The notes: generated from the sequence alone by a model not told the origin. A DNA stretch of 63,930 nucleotides, filler included, from Octopus bimaculoides (GCF_001194135.2; 6 parts of 6 records of this genome joined end to end with filler, not necessarily neighbours in it), one strand, 5' to 3'; shown: positions 15,010 through 26,491, counted from the first letter of the whole stretch. Numbers and translations are program-made.

Positions 15010-15957
15010 TGACTGCTATTTTTACTTACCCCGGTGACCACATCAAGCTTCCTAGTTATTTAAGCAATCTACACCCTAATCAATTTGCCCCTGATTGAAG
15101 AGTACTACGGGGAAAAGCGTTCCATCCGAGACCATCCCATCAATCTATCGTGTTTTAATATAATTCTTGTTAATCCTTAGCCCGGCTTTCTTTAGATTTA
15201 CTTCGGTGGTAGGGTGTTGACTGCTATTTCTGCCTACTCGAGCGACCACGTAGAAGCCCCATACTCATTGCATGTTCTATACAGTGCCCCATCCGTGATT
15301 ATCCCATCTAATATACATATATATATCCTTCATCCATCTATCTTTTTTATTTAATCGATGCTGACTGTTATTTCTAGCTTTCTTGTGACCACATAAAAGA
15401 TCGCTGCACGTAACATATACTATATATCGTCCCACCCGTGACAATGTCGTCTAATAGATATATATATATATATAATCAAACTGTTAACTACCGACTTATT
15501 TCTAGCCTTCTACTGACCACACTAAATCCTCGTACACGTGGCATGCCCATCCCATCTTATATCTTCTTTACACACACACGCGCAATTAATCTTCCACTCA
15601 TGTATTGATGCCATCGACTTTTAGAATGTTGACTGCTATTTCTCCCTGTTCGAGCGACCACTTCAAAGCCCCAGACACGTGTCATGTTCTCTACAGCATT
15701 CCGTCCGTGACTGTCCCACTTTATATTTCTACCTTAGTCCCTCACAGACAGGTGGTTGGAGGCTGACTGTTATTTCTAGCCGTCTTCTGGTCACATCAAC
15801 CGGTTTCTTTCTGACCCTGTACCCGTGGAATATTCTCTGTAACAAAAAGTACGTGCTTAACCATTTCGGTGGCCACCCCCGTCTACAAATTCGTCTCAGA
15901 ACGAGCAGAAAGAACTGAGAAAAAGCGTCCCATGCATGACCATTCCATCTATTGTAT
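15010..15957 (+). repeat. Degenerate array of two alternating motifs, about 135-bp period
   Basis: TGACTG(C/T)TATTTCT..GACCAC at 15010, 15218, 15362, 15492, 15630, 15764, alternating with CCCATCCGTGACCATCCC-like motifs. Confidence 0.65.
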
Positions 15958-16245
15958 NNNNNNNNNNNNNNNNNNNNNNNNNNNNNNNNNNNNNNNNNNN
16001 NNNNNNNNNNNNNNNNNNNNNNNNNNNNNNNNNNNNNNNNNNNNNNNNNNNNNNNNNNNNNNNNNNNNNNNNNNNNNNNNNNNNNNNNNNNNNNNNNNNN
16101 NNNNNNNNNNNNNNNNNNNNNNNNNNNNNNNNNNNNNNNNNNNNNNNNNNNNNNNNNNNNNNNNNNNNNNNNNNNNNNNNNNNNNNATTTTATTCTGGTG
16201 GACTTTTCCCCTCCATAACCATTCGATGGTTACAAACTATTAATA

Positions 16246-16519
16246 CAGGGGGTTTTCAAACTGTGGTCCGCAAGGACAAGACAGGGGGTCCGTGGACAGC
16301 AAATAATTTTTATGGGCAATTTGATTTTATATATATGTTTTTTAATCGAAATCTTTTAATTGACAATAAACCTATTTGTTAAATAAATAAATGTAAAAAT
16401 ATATGTTATTTTAAGCAAATATTTATGTATAAATTTCATAAGCGTTTATAAGGGGGTCCCCCTAAGGTAAAGTCTGAAATATAAAGGGGTCCGCAAGTCA
16501 AAAAGTTTGAAAACCCCTG
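16246..16519. mobile_element. hAT-type MITE
   Basis: TIRs CAGGGG(G)TTTTCAAACT / AGTTTGAAAACCCCTG and a perfect 8-bp TSD TATTAATA on both sides. Confidence 0.9.
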
Positions 16520-17649
16520 TATTAATAGAAACTTTTCAAAATTCCTATTTTGTTTTTCACATATTTCCTTGTAAAGGCTGAACACTGTAAAATGTTAGAG
16601 AAAGAAACCAAACCATTCCTTGTAATACATACAGCTAAACCAAACATTTTTTAAGGGGTTCTTAAAATTCTATTGTAGCTCGCCGGGCGACCCTCCCCAC
16701 TCGATCTTATACGGACCCTGGTTGAGAACCATTGATATAAAGGAAATCCACATACGACCATTCCGTCTGTTATTTTAAGACATTGGTGCACCAAGAACTG
16801 TATCTGCAAAGTTCTTTTCCGATGAGTCATTGATGCTATTTCTGTTTGCTCAGGCGACCACGTCAAACTTCTCTACCTGTGTCATATTTGCGGTTATAAG
16901 GTACATGCCTGGTTGTTTACACACCCGCCCACTCATCATTTCGTAACTGATCGAGCAGAACTACTAGCAAAGTCGTTCCAGCCGTAACCATCTTGTATTT
17001 TAACGAGACTTCTATCTTTTGTCTTGAGTTCGGCGCAGGCATGGCTGTGTGGTAAAAAAAGTTTGCTTTCCAATCACACGGCTTCCGAGTTCAATTCCAC
17101 TGCTTGCCGTCTTGGGCCAAGTGTCTTGTACTACAATCTTAGGCTGATCAAAGCTTTGCGAGTCGATTTGATACATGAAAACTGAAAGTAACTCGTCGTA
17201 TATCATCACCACCGCCATTTTACGTTCGCTTTACCCACACAATTATGCCTCCACCGATTTCCCTCATAACTTCCAGAAAAATGGATATTGTTTAATGAAA
17301 TTCCCGACGAATACGTTTCGGATAATGTAAAATCCGATTACATCGGAATTTGTTGTTAAAAGCAATTTTCCAAGGGTGGGGAGAGGTGTTTCGGAAAATT
17401 TACGAGTCTCATAACTTTCAGAAAAATGGATATTTTTTAATGAGATTTTCTATAAATACCTTATCCAATGGTGTAAATTAAACGTGTGGCTGTGTGATAA
17501 AGAAGTTTGCTTCCCAACCACATGGTTCCAGGTTCAGTCCTACTGTGTGGCACCTTGGACAAGTGTCTTAGTATATAACCTCGAGTCAACCCATGCCTCA
17601 TATATATATATATATTGTTTTTGCATGATGTAACAATTTTGTTCAATAA

Positions 17650-18225
17650 AAACTGACTGAGACCTTTGGAAATGTGCTGTGCGTGAGAAGACCCGGCAAG
17701 CCAAGTAAGATCGTTGCCAGTGCCCCTGGACTGGTTCTTGTGCGGGTGGCACATGAGATGCACCATTTTGAGCATGGCCGTTGCCAGTACCGCCTGACTG
17801 GCTCCCGTAGGATTTTCGAGCGAGATCGTTGCCAGTGCCCCTGGACTGGCTTGTGCGGGTGGCACATAAAAGACACCATTTCGAGCGTGGCCGTTTTCGT
17901 GCGGGTGACACGTAAAAGCACCCACTACACTCTGAGTGGTTGGCGTTAGGAANNNNNNNNNNGTTGCCAGTGCCCCTGGACTGGCTTGTGCGGGTGGCAC
18001 ATAAAAGACACCATTTCGAGCGTGGCTGTTTTCGTGCGGGTGACACGTAAAAGCACCCACTACACTCTGAGTGGTTGGCGTTAGGAAGGGCATCCAGCTG
18101 TAGAAACTCTGCTAAATTAGATTGGAGCCTGGTGTTGCCATCCGGTTTCACCAGTCCTCAGTCAAATCGTCCAACCCATGCTAGCATGGAAAGCGGACGT
18201 TAAACGATGATGATGATGATGATGA
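17650..18225 (+). mobile_element. RTE-type LINE 3' end
   Basis: DLWKCAVREKTRQAK* C-terminus, 3' UTR and (GAT)n tail. Confidence 0.7.
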
Positions 18226-18549
18226 AAAACCACATCTGAAACAGCTAGAGTGAACCACAATTGATCTGTTGTTATTTCTTAATCATTCACCTAATCCAGA
18301 ACCTACACTCTGTTTCGGTTGAGTGCAGCAAGTGTATCTCTGTGTGAATTTGATCATTCACTCAACTGTTTGTGATTGTACGCCCAACTGAAATACAAAA
18401 GTACACATTTGTCCTTAAATATTGTTTGTACACAATACCATCTCTAACCTGACCTTGGAGCCTCCACTGTTTAAGTGCTGAATTCTCACGAGACCTGGAA
18501 GCTTTATGTATAGAGTGGCTGAGTTCCTTTCTGGTGTTCGGCTTCATGG

Positions 18550-18842
18550 AGGCAATGACCGAGACTTTGGCATTATGTCATGCTTGAGAAGAAGACCCAT
18601 CAAGCCAAGCAAAGCTGCAGTCATGGCAGATACTAGCGCCACGTAAAAGCACCCATGTCATGCCATATCAAAGCATCCATTACATTCTTGGAGTGGTTGG
18701 CATTAGGAGGAGCATCCAACTGTAGAAACCATACCATATCAGACTGGAGTCTGGTACAGCTTTCCAGCTTGCTAGCCCTCGTCAAATCGTCCAACCCATG
18801 CCAGCATGGAAAGCGGATTTTAAATGACTATGACAATGATGA
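18550..18842 (+). mobile_element. RTE-type LINE 3' tail, diverged
   Basis: gagactttggcattatgtcatgcttgagaag...caagccaag followed by the shared UTR. Confidence 0.6.
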
Positions 18843-18844
18843 TA

Positions 18845-19735
18845 TATATATATCATCATCATCGTCGTCGTTTAACGTTCGCTTTCCAGAAGGCTGCACC
18901 AGTCTCCAATCTGATCTGGCAAAGTTTCTACAGCTGGATGCTCTTCCTAACACCAACCATTCTGAGAGTGTAGTTGGTGCTTTTACGTGCCACTGGCACG
19001 AGGGCCAGTCAGGCGGTCCCGGCAACGAGCACGCTCAAAAGGTCTTTTTTACATGCTACCTGCATGGGAGCCTGTCTGGCAGCACTGGCAACGACCATGC
19101 TCAAATGTTTTTCATGTGCTGCTGGCACATGTGCCAATAAGGCGACCCTGGCAATGATCACGCTCAGATGGTGCTTTTAATGTTCCACTGGCATGAGTGA
19201 CAATCATGGCAGTGATTTTGATTCCACTTGCCTCAACAGGTCTTTGCAAGCAAAGTTTCTTGTCCAATGAATGAGGGTTACTCGTAAGTGGGCTGGTTAC
19301 ACCTACTGGCATAGGCCACAGGTTATGATCTCACTTGGCTTGTCAGGTCTTCTCAAGTACAACATATTTCCAAAGGTCTTGGTCACTAGTCATTGCCTCG
19401 GTAAGGCCCAATGTTCGAAGGTTGTGCTTCACCACCCCATCCCAAGTCTTCCTGGGTCTANNNNNNNNNNGGTTGTGCTTCACCACCCCATCCCAAGTCT
19501 TCCTGGGTCTACCTCTTCCACAGGTTCCCTCTACTGCTAGGGTGGGACACTTTTGCACACAGCTGTCCTCATCCATTCGCAACCCATGACCATACCATCA
19601 CAGTCGTCTCTCTTGCACACCACACCTGATGCTTCCTAAAAACCAGGCAAACTTTCTTTGTTGACCAAATAGATCAATGGCCGTTTCCTTTTCTTTCACA
19701 AACACCAGAAGTTACTGAAGGACATTCATAGATGT
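18845..19735 (-). mobile_element. RTE-type LINE 3' remnant
   Basis: WYGHGLRMDEDSCVQKC...EGTCGRGRPRKTW...DLWKYVVLEKT, typical RTE C-terminus, then 3' UTR. Confidence 0.8.
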
Positions 19736-20620
19736 TGATTCAGCATGTCCTTAATACCTGATTGATATTGATTGGTTTGGTATTGACTTTTCATGTGGTG
19801 GTAGTTGTTGGTGGTGGCATTTGATGGTGATGATGTGTGGTGGTGACAAGTTGAGGTGGTGATGGTGGTGTGCTGGTGATATTGGTGGTGGTGGTAGTAG
19901 TAATAGTATTCATGATGGTGGTGGTAGTAGTAATAGTATTCATGATGGTGGTGACACAAGTGGTGGTAATAGTAGTAGTAGTCATGATGGTGGTGATGAC
20001 ATAAATGAAGGTGGTGGTGGTGGTGGTGATGACAAACACTCTTTACTAAAAGCATTGTCCATTATTGCAATTTTTTGTCTCAAACCAAAGAAAGTTCTTT
20101 TCCCTTTTTTTTTTTGCCCTGAACGACACTTTTATGGGGTCAGCACCTTTGGGACTTCTAGACAAGCCTGTAAATGATATGAGGGGTCCTGAAACTCAGA
20201 GACCCCCCCCCCCCAGATGGTACACACTCTAGATAACCACTTTTAGATGTTCCATTCCACCTAAAGTCGACCTTGATGAAATTTGAACTCAGAACCTAAC
20301 GGCAGATGAAATACTGCTAAGCATTTCGCCCGGTGTGCTAACGTTTCTGCCAGCTCTCCGCCGTTTGACTGCTATTTCTAGCATATCAAGCAAACTTGTT
20401 GAAGCCCCTCCCTTTATTCCTATTCAACTGCCACTGCTCCATTAGTTTATGTGAGTCATAGAAATCATAAAATGTCTTGTGTGTTTACATATTTACATGT
20501 CAAAAAGCCCAGGAGGCCTTGTACGAACAATAACGGTGAATGGGCGACACCTAAATTTTGAATAATACCCACAAGTCAAGGATTGGTTTCCGGTTTTGGT
20601 ATTTTATAGAACAAGGTTAA

Positions 20621-20827
20621 CTCTTTTGTTACCCTATTTCTGTTGAGATGCTCTGTGTTTCTTGCAAATAATTTTAAATATAACAAAGAATTTAGTAAAA
20701 TAACTTCGTTATCATTCAGCTGGTGTTAGGAACATAAATTGTGACTAAGGTTTGGTGGAAGATTTTAATTCAAAACTTACGAAAACAAGAAATTTGTACT
20801 ACAGAGCCAGAGTTGGTATCGAAAGGG
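20621..20827 (+). mobile_element. piggyBac-type MITE
   Basis: TTAA on both sides; degenerate TIRs CTCTTTTGTTACC / GGTATCGAAAGGG. Partial copies at 20980-21067 and 22522-22616. Confidence 0.75.
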
Positions 20828-21128
20828 TTAAACACAATTCTACATTTAGGCATTTGCACATTAGAAGCAGTTGGAAGGGTGTGGATTGAAGGAAATTTAG
20901 GCTATTATTTCTAGCATATAGACTGACCACATTGAGGTCTCCTTCTCTCATGTTGTCTGCTGATTATTTTTCTTCTTAACCCTTTCGTTACTGTATTTCT
21001 GTTGAGATGCTCTGTGTTTCTTTCAATTAATTTTAAATATAACAAAGAATTTAGTAAAATAACTTTGTTTTATATAATTAATTGCAGTGACAGTCAAATT
21101 GATTAATTACACTGATTGACTTAATTAG

Positions 21129-21293
<165 letters not shown>

Positions 21294-21996
21294 TGAGCTT
21301 AATTACGGTCTCCTCCTTATCTCTTAATCTCCACCCCCCTGCCACTGCTGTCCTTGTACACATCTGGACATAGCATACACTTGTATCTCTGTAAAACACT
21401 CCTCTCTCCCTCCCTTTACCTCCCCACCCACACAATGGGGTGCTCCAAAGTTCCTGGCTTTAAGGGCCCTTTGTTGCCAACACAGACGGGAGCTCTCTGA
21501 ACTTTGCCCAGCCTAATCTTACTGTATTTATATGTTTGTATATATATGTATGTGTGTGTACATGCAGATATATTTATATGTATGTGCGTGTGTGTGTGTG
21601 TATATATTGATATGTATGTGTGGGCCTGAGTGTGTGTGTGTGTGTGTGTGTTTAGGTCTCTTTGTCTTGGTATCACACCCTAATTGTAAACAAGTGCCAC
21701 TGTCATACCAGCGGTGTCCTTTGCCTTGTAATCTTGCAGGGAAACATATCCGGTTATTGTACTGTTTCATGTTCAAAGGATCGGGAGGGGGGGAACAGTT
21801 TAGAAATGGGTTAAGTTTGCAACTGGAAGAACATCCCTCTCTCTCTACCTTTCACCCCTCCCTCTTTTTCTGTTTTTCACCCCCTCTCTCTGGCTTCCAC
21901 CTTTCTCTTTCTATCTCCTCCCTCCCCTGTCTCTCTTTCTCTTTCACTCCCCCTCTCTCTCTCTCATACTAAAACACTTTTTTCTTTTATTTCCAG

Positions 21997-22094
21997 AAAG
22001 TATCNNNNNNNNNNNNNNNNNNNNNNNNNNNNNNNNNNNNNNNNNNNNNNNNNNNNNNNNNNNNNNNNNNNNNNNNNNNNNNNNNNNNNNNNNN
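21997..22094 (+). CDS. GALE: GALE coding exon 2, only first 8 nt visible; end estimated inside N-gap 22005-22189
   Basis: Pyrimidine tract plus ttccag|AAAGTATC completes the phase-1 codon to E-S-I, matching ESL(RRV) of known GALEs. About 98 nt are needed to reach phase-0 exon 3, so the end coordinate is an estimate. Confidence 0.75.
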
Positions 22095-22352
22095 NNNNNN
22101 NNNNNNNNNNNNNNNNNNNNNNNNNNNNNNNNNNNNNNNNNNNNNNNNNNNNNNNNNNNNNNNNNNNNNNNNNNNNNNNNNNNNNNNNNTCTTCATCATC
22201 ACCATTTTTTACAACCATGTCCCATGCTGGCATGGGTGGGGACAGTTTGACAGGACCCAACGTGTGGGGCGGTGGTGGTGGTTGTGATGAAAATGTTGGT
22301 GTTGGAAGTGCCATAGTTTGTTTTTAACCCTGAATCTCTTCTTGCTCTGCAG

Positions 22353-22466
22353 CACAAGTTCTTCTGTGTCATTCACCTGGCTGCGCTGAAGGCTGTCGGA
22401 GAATCGTGCGAACTACCTTTACTTTACTACAAGAACAATGTTGGTGGTGCCCTCAACTTGATAGAG
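22353..22466 (+). CDS. GALE: GALE coding exon 3 (114 nt)
   Basis: [38 protein letters not shown]; ctgcag acceptor, gtaaaa donor. Confidence 0.96.
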
Positions 22467-22616
22467 GTAAAAATTTCAGCAATCAGAAAAAAAAAAAGAA
22501 TATTGATAAAACATCCTTGAACTCTTTTGTTACCATATTTCTGTTAAAATCCTCTGATTTTTGTTTCAATTAATTTTGAAAATAATGAAGAAATTAGTGA
22601 AATAACTTTGTCATTA

Positions 22617-22694
22617 TTACCTCCGCCTTAACGAAGGCATTGTTTTCAGTTGACTACGTTTGTCCATGGACAAAATATCTCAAGAACCGTTGGA
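22617..22694 (+). mobile_element. HINE 5' fragment
   Basis: TTACCTCCGCCTTAACGAAGGC...TTGTTTTCAGTT matches the start of 26073-26418. Confidence 0.55.
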
Positions 22695-23122
22695 CGCATA
22701 CAACCAATCAGAGTTCACCTTGACCTAGTTGTCAAGTTAACAAACACACTCTAGATGAAGAACGGTGTTGCCAAGTTATGCCTGATTTTAGGAGACAAGG
22801 AATTAGATAGATCGGCATCTATACCTATTATCGGACGATTATGTTTGGTCCCAGAAGATGTGCACATCCTTGATATATAAATACTTATATATTCACTTAC
22901 ATGTATGTGTGTGTGTGTGCATGTATATATATACATATACATATCTATGGATTAAATAGACCAAGAACAACTTCACCCTCATGCAGATCCTCTGGGACCA
23001 AACATAAGAGAAGTTATGCCCATACTGGAGCCCTAATCTTGTTAAATGCTTTTCCAGTTTTTTTTAATTTGTTTTTTTTTTAATACATATTTTTCTCTTA
23101 CCCACTCTTCTCTCACTCAAAG

Positions 23123-23299
23123 GTGATGACAGAATTTGAAGTGTTCAAAATTGTTGTGTCCAGTTCCGCCACGGTCTACGGTGTGCCTCAGCAGTTACCC
23201 CTCACTGAATCCCACCCGACAGGCAGCTGCATCAACCCTTATGGACAGACAAAATACTTCATCGAGGTCATATTAACTGACATTGCAAAGGCCGACCCC
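23123..23299 (+). CDS. GALE: GALE coding exon 4 (177 nt)
   Basis: VMTEFEVFKIVVSSSATVYG...INPYGQTKYFIEVILTDIAKADP: catalytic Ser and YxxxK motif; gtaagt donor. Confidence 0.97.
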
Positions 23300-23367
23300 G
23301 TAAGTTGCCATGATTCTGTTTACTGTTTGTATTCTATTCAGACCAGTGTCCTCCTCTTGATTGTTGC

Positions 23368-23414
23368 TTCGACTGTGGTTCGGCTGTTGTTTGCTCCAGC
23401 CGTCTTCAGGTGTC
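23368..23414 (-). ncRNA. Second tandem hammerhead-like motif (A15.1 mutated)
   Basis: Minus strand GACAC-CUGAAGA-C-GGCUG-GAGCAAACAA-CAGCC-GAACCACAGUC, 149 nt from the first motif. Confidence 0.55.
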
Positions 23415-23519
23415 ATCTGTTGAACTCCTTTGTTAAGACTGTTCTATATTTTAGAGATGATGAATTTTGTGTATCATTTACATTGGACGGATGTTTGTCC
23501 TCATCTTGTTTGTTCTCAC

Positions 23520-23562
23520 CACAACGTTTCGGCTGATTTACTCTCCAGCCTTCATCAGGTAT
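23520..23562 (-). ncRNA. Minimal type I hammerhead ribozyme-like motif (intact core)
   Basis: Minus strand AUAC-CUGAUGA-A-GGCUG-GAGAGUAAAU-CAGCC-GAAACGU-U|GUG. Conserved core, perfect 5-bp stem II, palindromic ACGU stem III, 3-bp stem I. Confidence 0.7.
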
Positions 23563-23629
23563 CTTGATGGAATTTTGAACCCAACCCTGGGTTCTCATTC
23601 CTAAGGTATTTTTTTTTCCTAATGTTATT

Positions 23630-23811
23630 ATTATTATTATTATTTATTCAAGGCACTACCTGGAATTGAACTCTGAACCTTGGGGTTAGTAGCCCACGCT
23701 CTTAACAATTACCGACAGGCATATAGTGTAACGATTAAAAGCGTGGACTACTAACCCCAAGATTCCGAGTTCAATTCCAGGTAGTGTCTTGAATAGATAA
23801 TAATAATAATA
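23630..23811. repeat. Head-to-head tRNA-derived SINE heads forming a foldback hairpin
   Basis: 60-bp core arms (23647-23706 / 23734-23793), about 90% complementary, extended by (TTA)n/(TAA)n; B-box GAGTTCAATTCC in each. Confidence 0.85.
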
Positions 23812-23832
23812 TCAGTTGATATTTTGTGAATC

Positions 23833-24025
23833 ACAAGGGGGTGCTCAAAAGGTCCTGGCTTTAAGGGTATCGCAAAAGGCCTGATGAGCGGCCCAACATT
23901 CTGGATTCTTTTTTTACAGGGCTTAGAAAAACTGAAGTGTGAATCTGAGAGCGGGAATATGTTGAATAAAATCCTCTTGTATTTTCTTTTACCCAAAGCG
24001 AGGAACTTTGCAGCCCACCCCTCTC
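23833..24025 (+). mobile_element. Internally deleted mariner-like element
   Basis: TIR-like ends aagggggtgctcaaaaggtcctggcttt / aaagcgaggaactttgcagcccacccct; lone TIR copy at about 21431-21465. Confidence 0.55.
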
Positions 24026-24064
24026 AAATCTTGGTGCTTTGTTTAGCATATTAGATAAAGATAT

Positions 24065-24272
24065 TGGTTAGTGCAATTCAGTCACCTAAAGTTTTTGAGT
24101 TCAATTCCAAGCACGGCATATTCTGTGTCATGCTGAATTTCTCTCCTGAGAACAGCATTAAGGTAATGTGTGTCTGTGGAGTGCTCAGCCACTTGCACAT
24201 TGACTCCATGAACAGGCCCTGCCATTGTTTGGATCAGCTGCAACCCTCGTGGTCGTAATCGATGGAGAGCCA
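24065..24272 (+). mobile_element. SINE family C, diverged
   Basis: Shares gtgtctgtggagtgctcagccac...ggatca.ctg.aaccctcgt with 41304-41618. Confidence 0.6.
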
Positions 24273-24383
24273 GGCCAGTCATAATGATGATGACAATGTC
24301 CATGATCCAGCCATGCCTTCCACTCTAGAATGCAAATAATTTCTCATTTTTTGTTTTCTTCTCTCTGTCTGTGTGTCCTTTAG

Positions 24384-25160
<777 letters not shown>

Positions 25161-25211
25161 CTATATATATATATATATTTTTTTTTTCTCTCCCTGTTTA
25201 TTTCTGTGTTC

Positions 25212-25247
25212 CTTTCAGATGAAGAGCATAGGCTCGAAACCTAAAAG
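25212..25247 (+). ncRNA. Degenerate minimal hammerhead-like motif, family B
   Basis: CUUU-CAGAUGA-A-GAGC-AUAG-GCUC-GAAACCU-A|AAAG: stems I and II pair, core has U4 to A. Confidence 0.5.
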
Positions 25248-25409
25248 ACTTTCTCACCTTCCCGAGCGTTAAACTAATTCATCTGTTTGTTGTTTACACA
25301 CCCGTCTTCATCTTGTTTTTTTTGTAAATTCTCACAATACATATATATATATATATAAATCTGATTGTAGGTATGTATACACACATATGTTTCTATAATT
25401 TGTCTCCAG

Positions 25410-25495
25410 GTGTCCGAGACTACATCCATATTGTTGACTTAGCCAGTGGTCATGTGTCGGCCGTAGAGAAGTTGAAAGAAGATTGTGGACTTAAA
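25410..25495 (+). CDS. GALE: GALE coding exon 6 (86 nt)
   Basis: (G)[28 protein letters not shown]; ctccag acceptor, gtaagt donor. Confidence 0.97.
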
Positions 25496-25624
25496 GTAAG
25501 TGCTTTTTCTTCCGTATTTACCATTTTCTACATATTTATTGATTTTTGTCTCCTGTAATGCTGTATTTTGTCCCTTTTTCTATAACGGTCCATTTGAATC
25601 ACTGTTTGGTTCTGTTTTCTGTAG

Positions 25625-25702
25625 GTCTACAATCTTGGAACAGGCTGTGGCTACTCAGTATTACAAATGATTGAAGCTTTCAAGGAGGCTAGTGGCAAGA
25701 AG
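25625..25702 (+). CDS. GALE: GALE coding exon 7 (78 nt)
   Basis: [26 protein letters not shown]; ctgtag acceptor, gttagg donor. Confidence 0.96.
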
Positions 25703-25718
25703 GTTAGGGTTTGCGGTT

Positions 25719-25759
<41 letters not shown>

Positions 25760-25769
25760 TATTATTATT

Positions 25770-25990
25770 GGTGGCTAGCTGGCAGAATCGTTAGCACGCT
25801 GGGCAAAATGCGTAACGGTATTTTGTCTGTCTTTACGTTCTGAGATCAAATTCTGCCGAGGTCAACTTTGCCTTTTATCCTTTCAGGGTCGATAAATTAA
25901 GTACGAGTTGCATACTGGGATCGATTTTACCGACTGGCACCCCCCCCTCTCCCAAAATTTCAGGTCTTGTGCCTAGAATAGAAAAGATTA
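25770..25990 (+). mobile_element. SINE family B
   Basis: gctggcagaatcgttagcacg...gaggtcaactttgcc..tcctttcagggtcgataaa, matching 44713-44945. Confidence 0.8.
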
Positions 25991-26072
25991 CCATTATTAT
26001 TAATATTATTGGTGGTGAGCTGACAGAATCGTTAGCACGCCAGGTGAATTGCTTAGTCGTATTTCACCTGTC

Positions 26073-26418
26073 TTACCTCCACCTTAGCAAAGGCAGAAGT
26101 ATTGTTTTCAGTTGTGTTTGTTTGTCTGTGGACAAGATATCTCAAGAATTGCTGGATGGATTCGGATGGAACTTTCAGGGATGTTTGGCCCCGTGACTGG
26201 AACAAACTGATTAGATTTTGGGATCGATCCGGTACCGTTTTTTTGGATTATTTTTCTTGTTTTTTACTTAATTTTTTGAGAGCACTTCGGTTCATTTTTA
26301 GTATTCTCGTTTGTGAGAGCAGTCGAGTTTATTTCAGATATTCTCATTTTTAAAAATCATCTGAGAGGACATTGGTGATTGCCTTGTCGGAGGTTTGCAC
26401 TCTCTGAGTGCTCTTGTT
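26073..26418 (+). mobile_element. Helentron-like HINE nested in a SINE-B copy
   Basis: Subterminal IR ACCTCC / GGAGGT, 3' hairpin GCACTC-TCT-GAGTGC (26397-26411), GTTT/GTCT microsatellite, T-rich junctions. Confidence 0.6.
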
Positions 26419-26491
26419 GTTATTTATTATTATTATTATTATTATTGAGGTTAACTTTGCCTTTCATCCTTTTGGTTTCAATATGTTGTAG

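Noticed and set aside
15010-15957. CRISPR array
   Set aside because: Repeats are too degenerate, spacers too long and irregular, there are no cas genes, and the context is eukaryotic.
17827-18087. Tandem duplication across a 10-N gap (also 19421-19510)
   Set aside because: Near-identical sequence on both sides of a tiny gap is typical of unmerged contig overlap.
23123-23536. 137-aa ORF as a standalone gene
   Set aside because: It is GALE exon 4 read through its donor into the intron.
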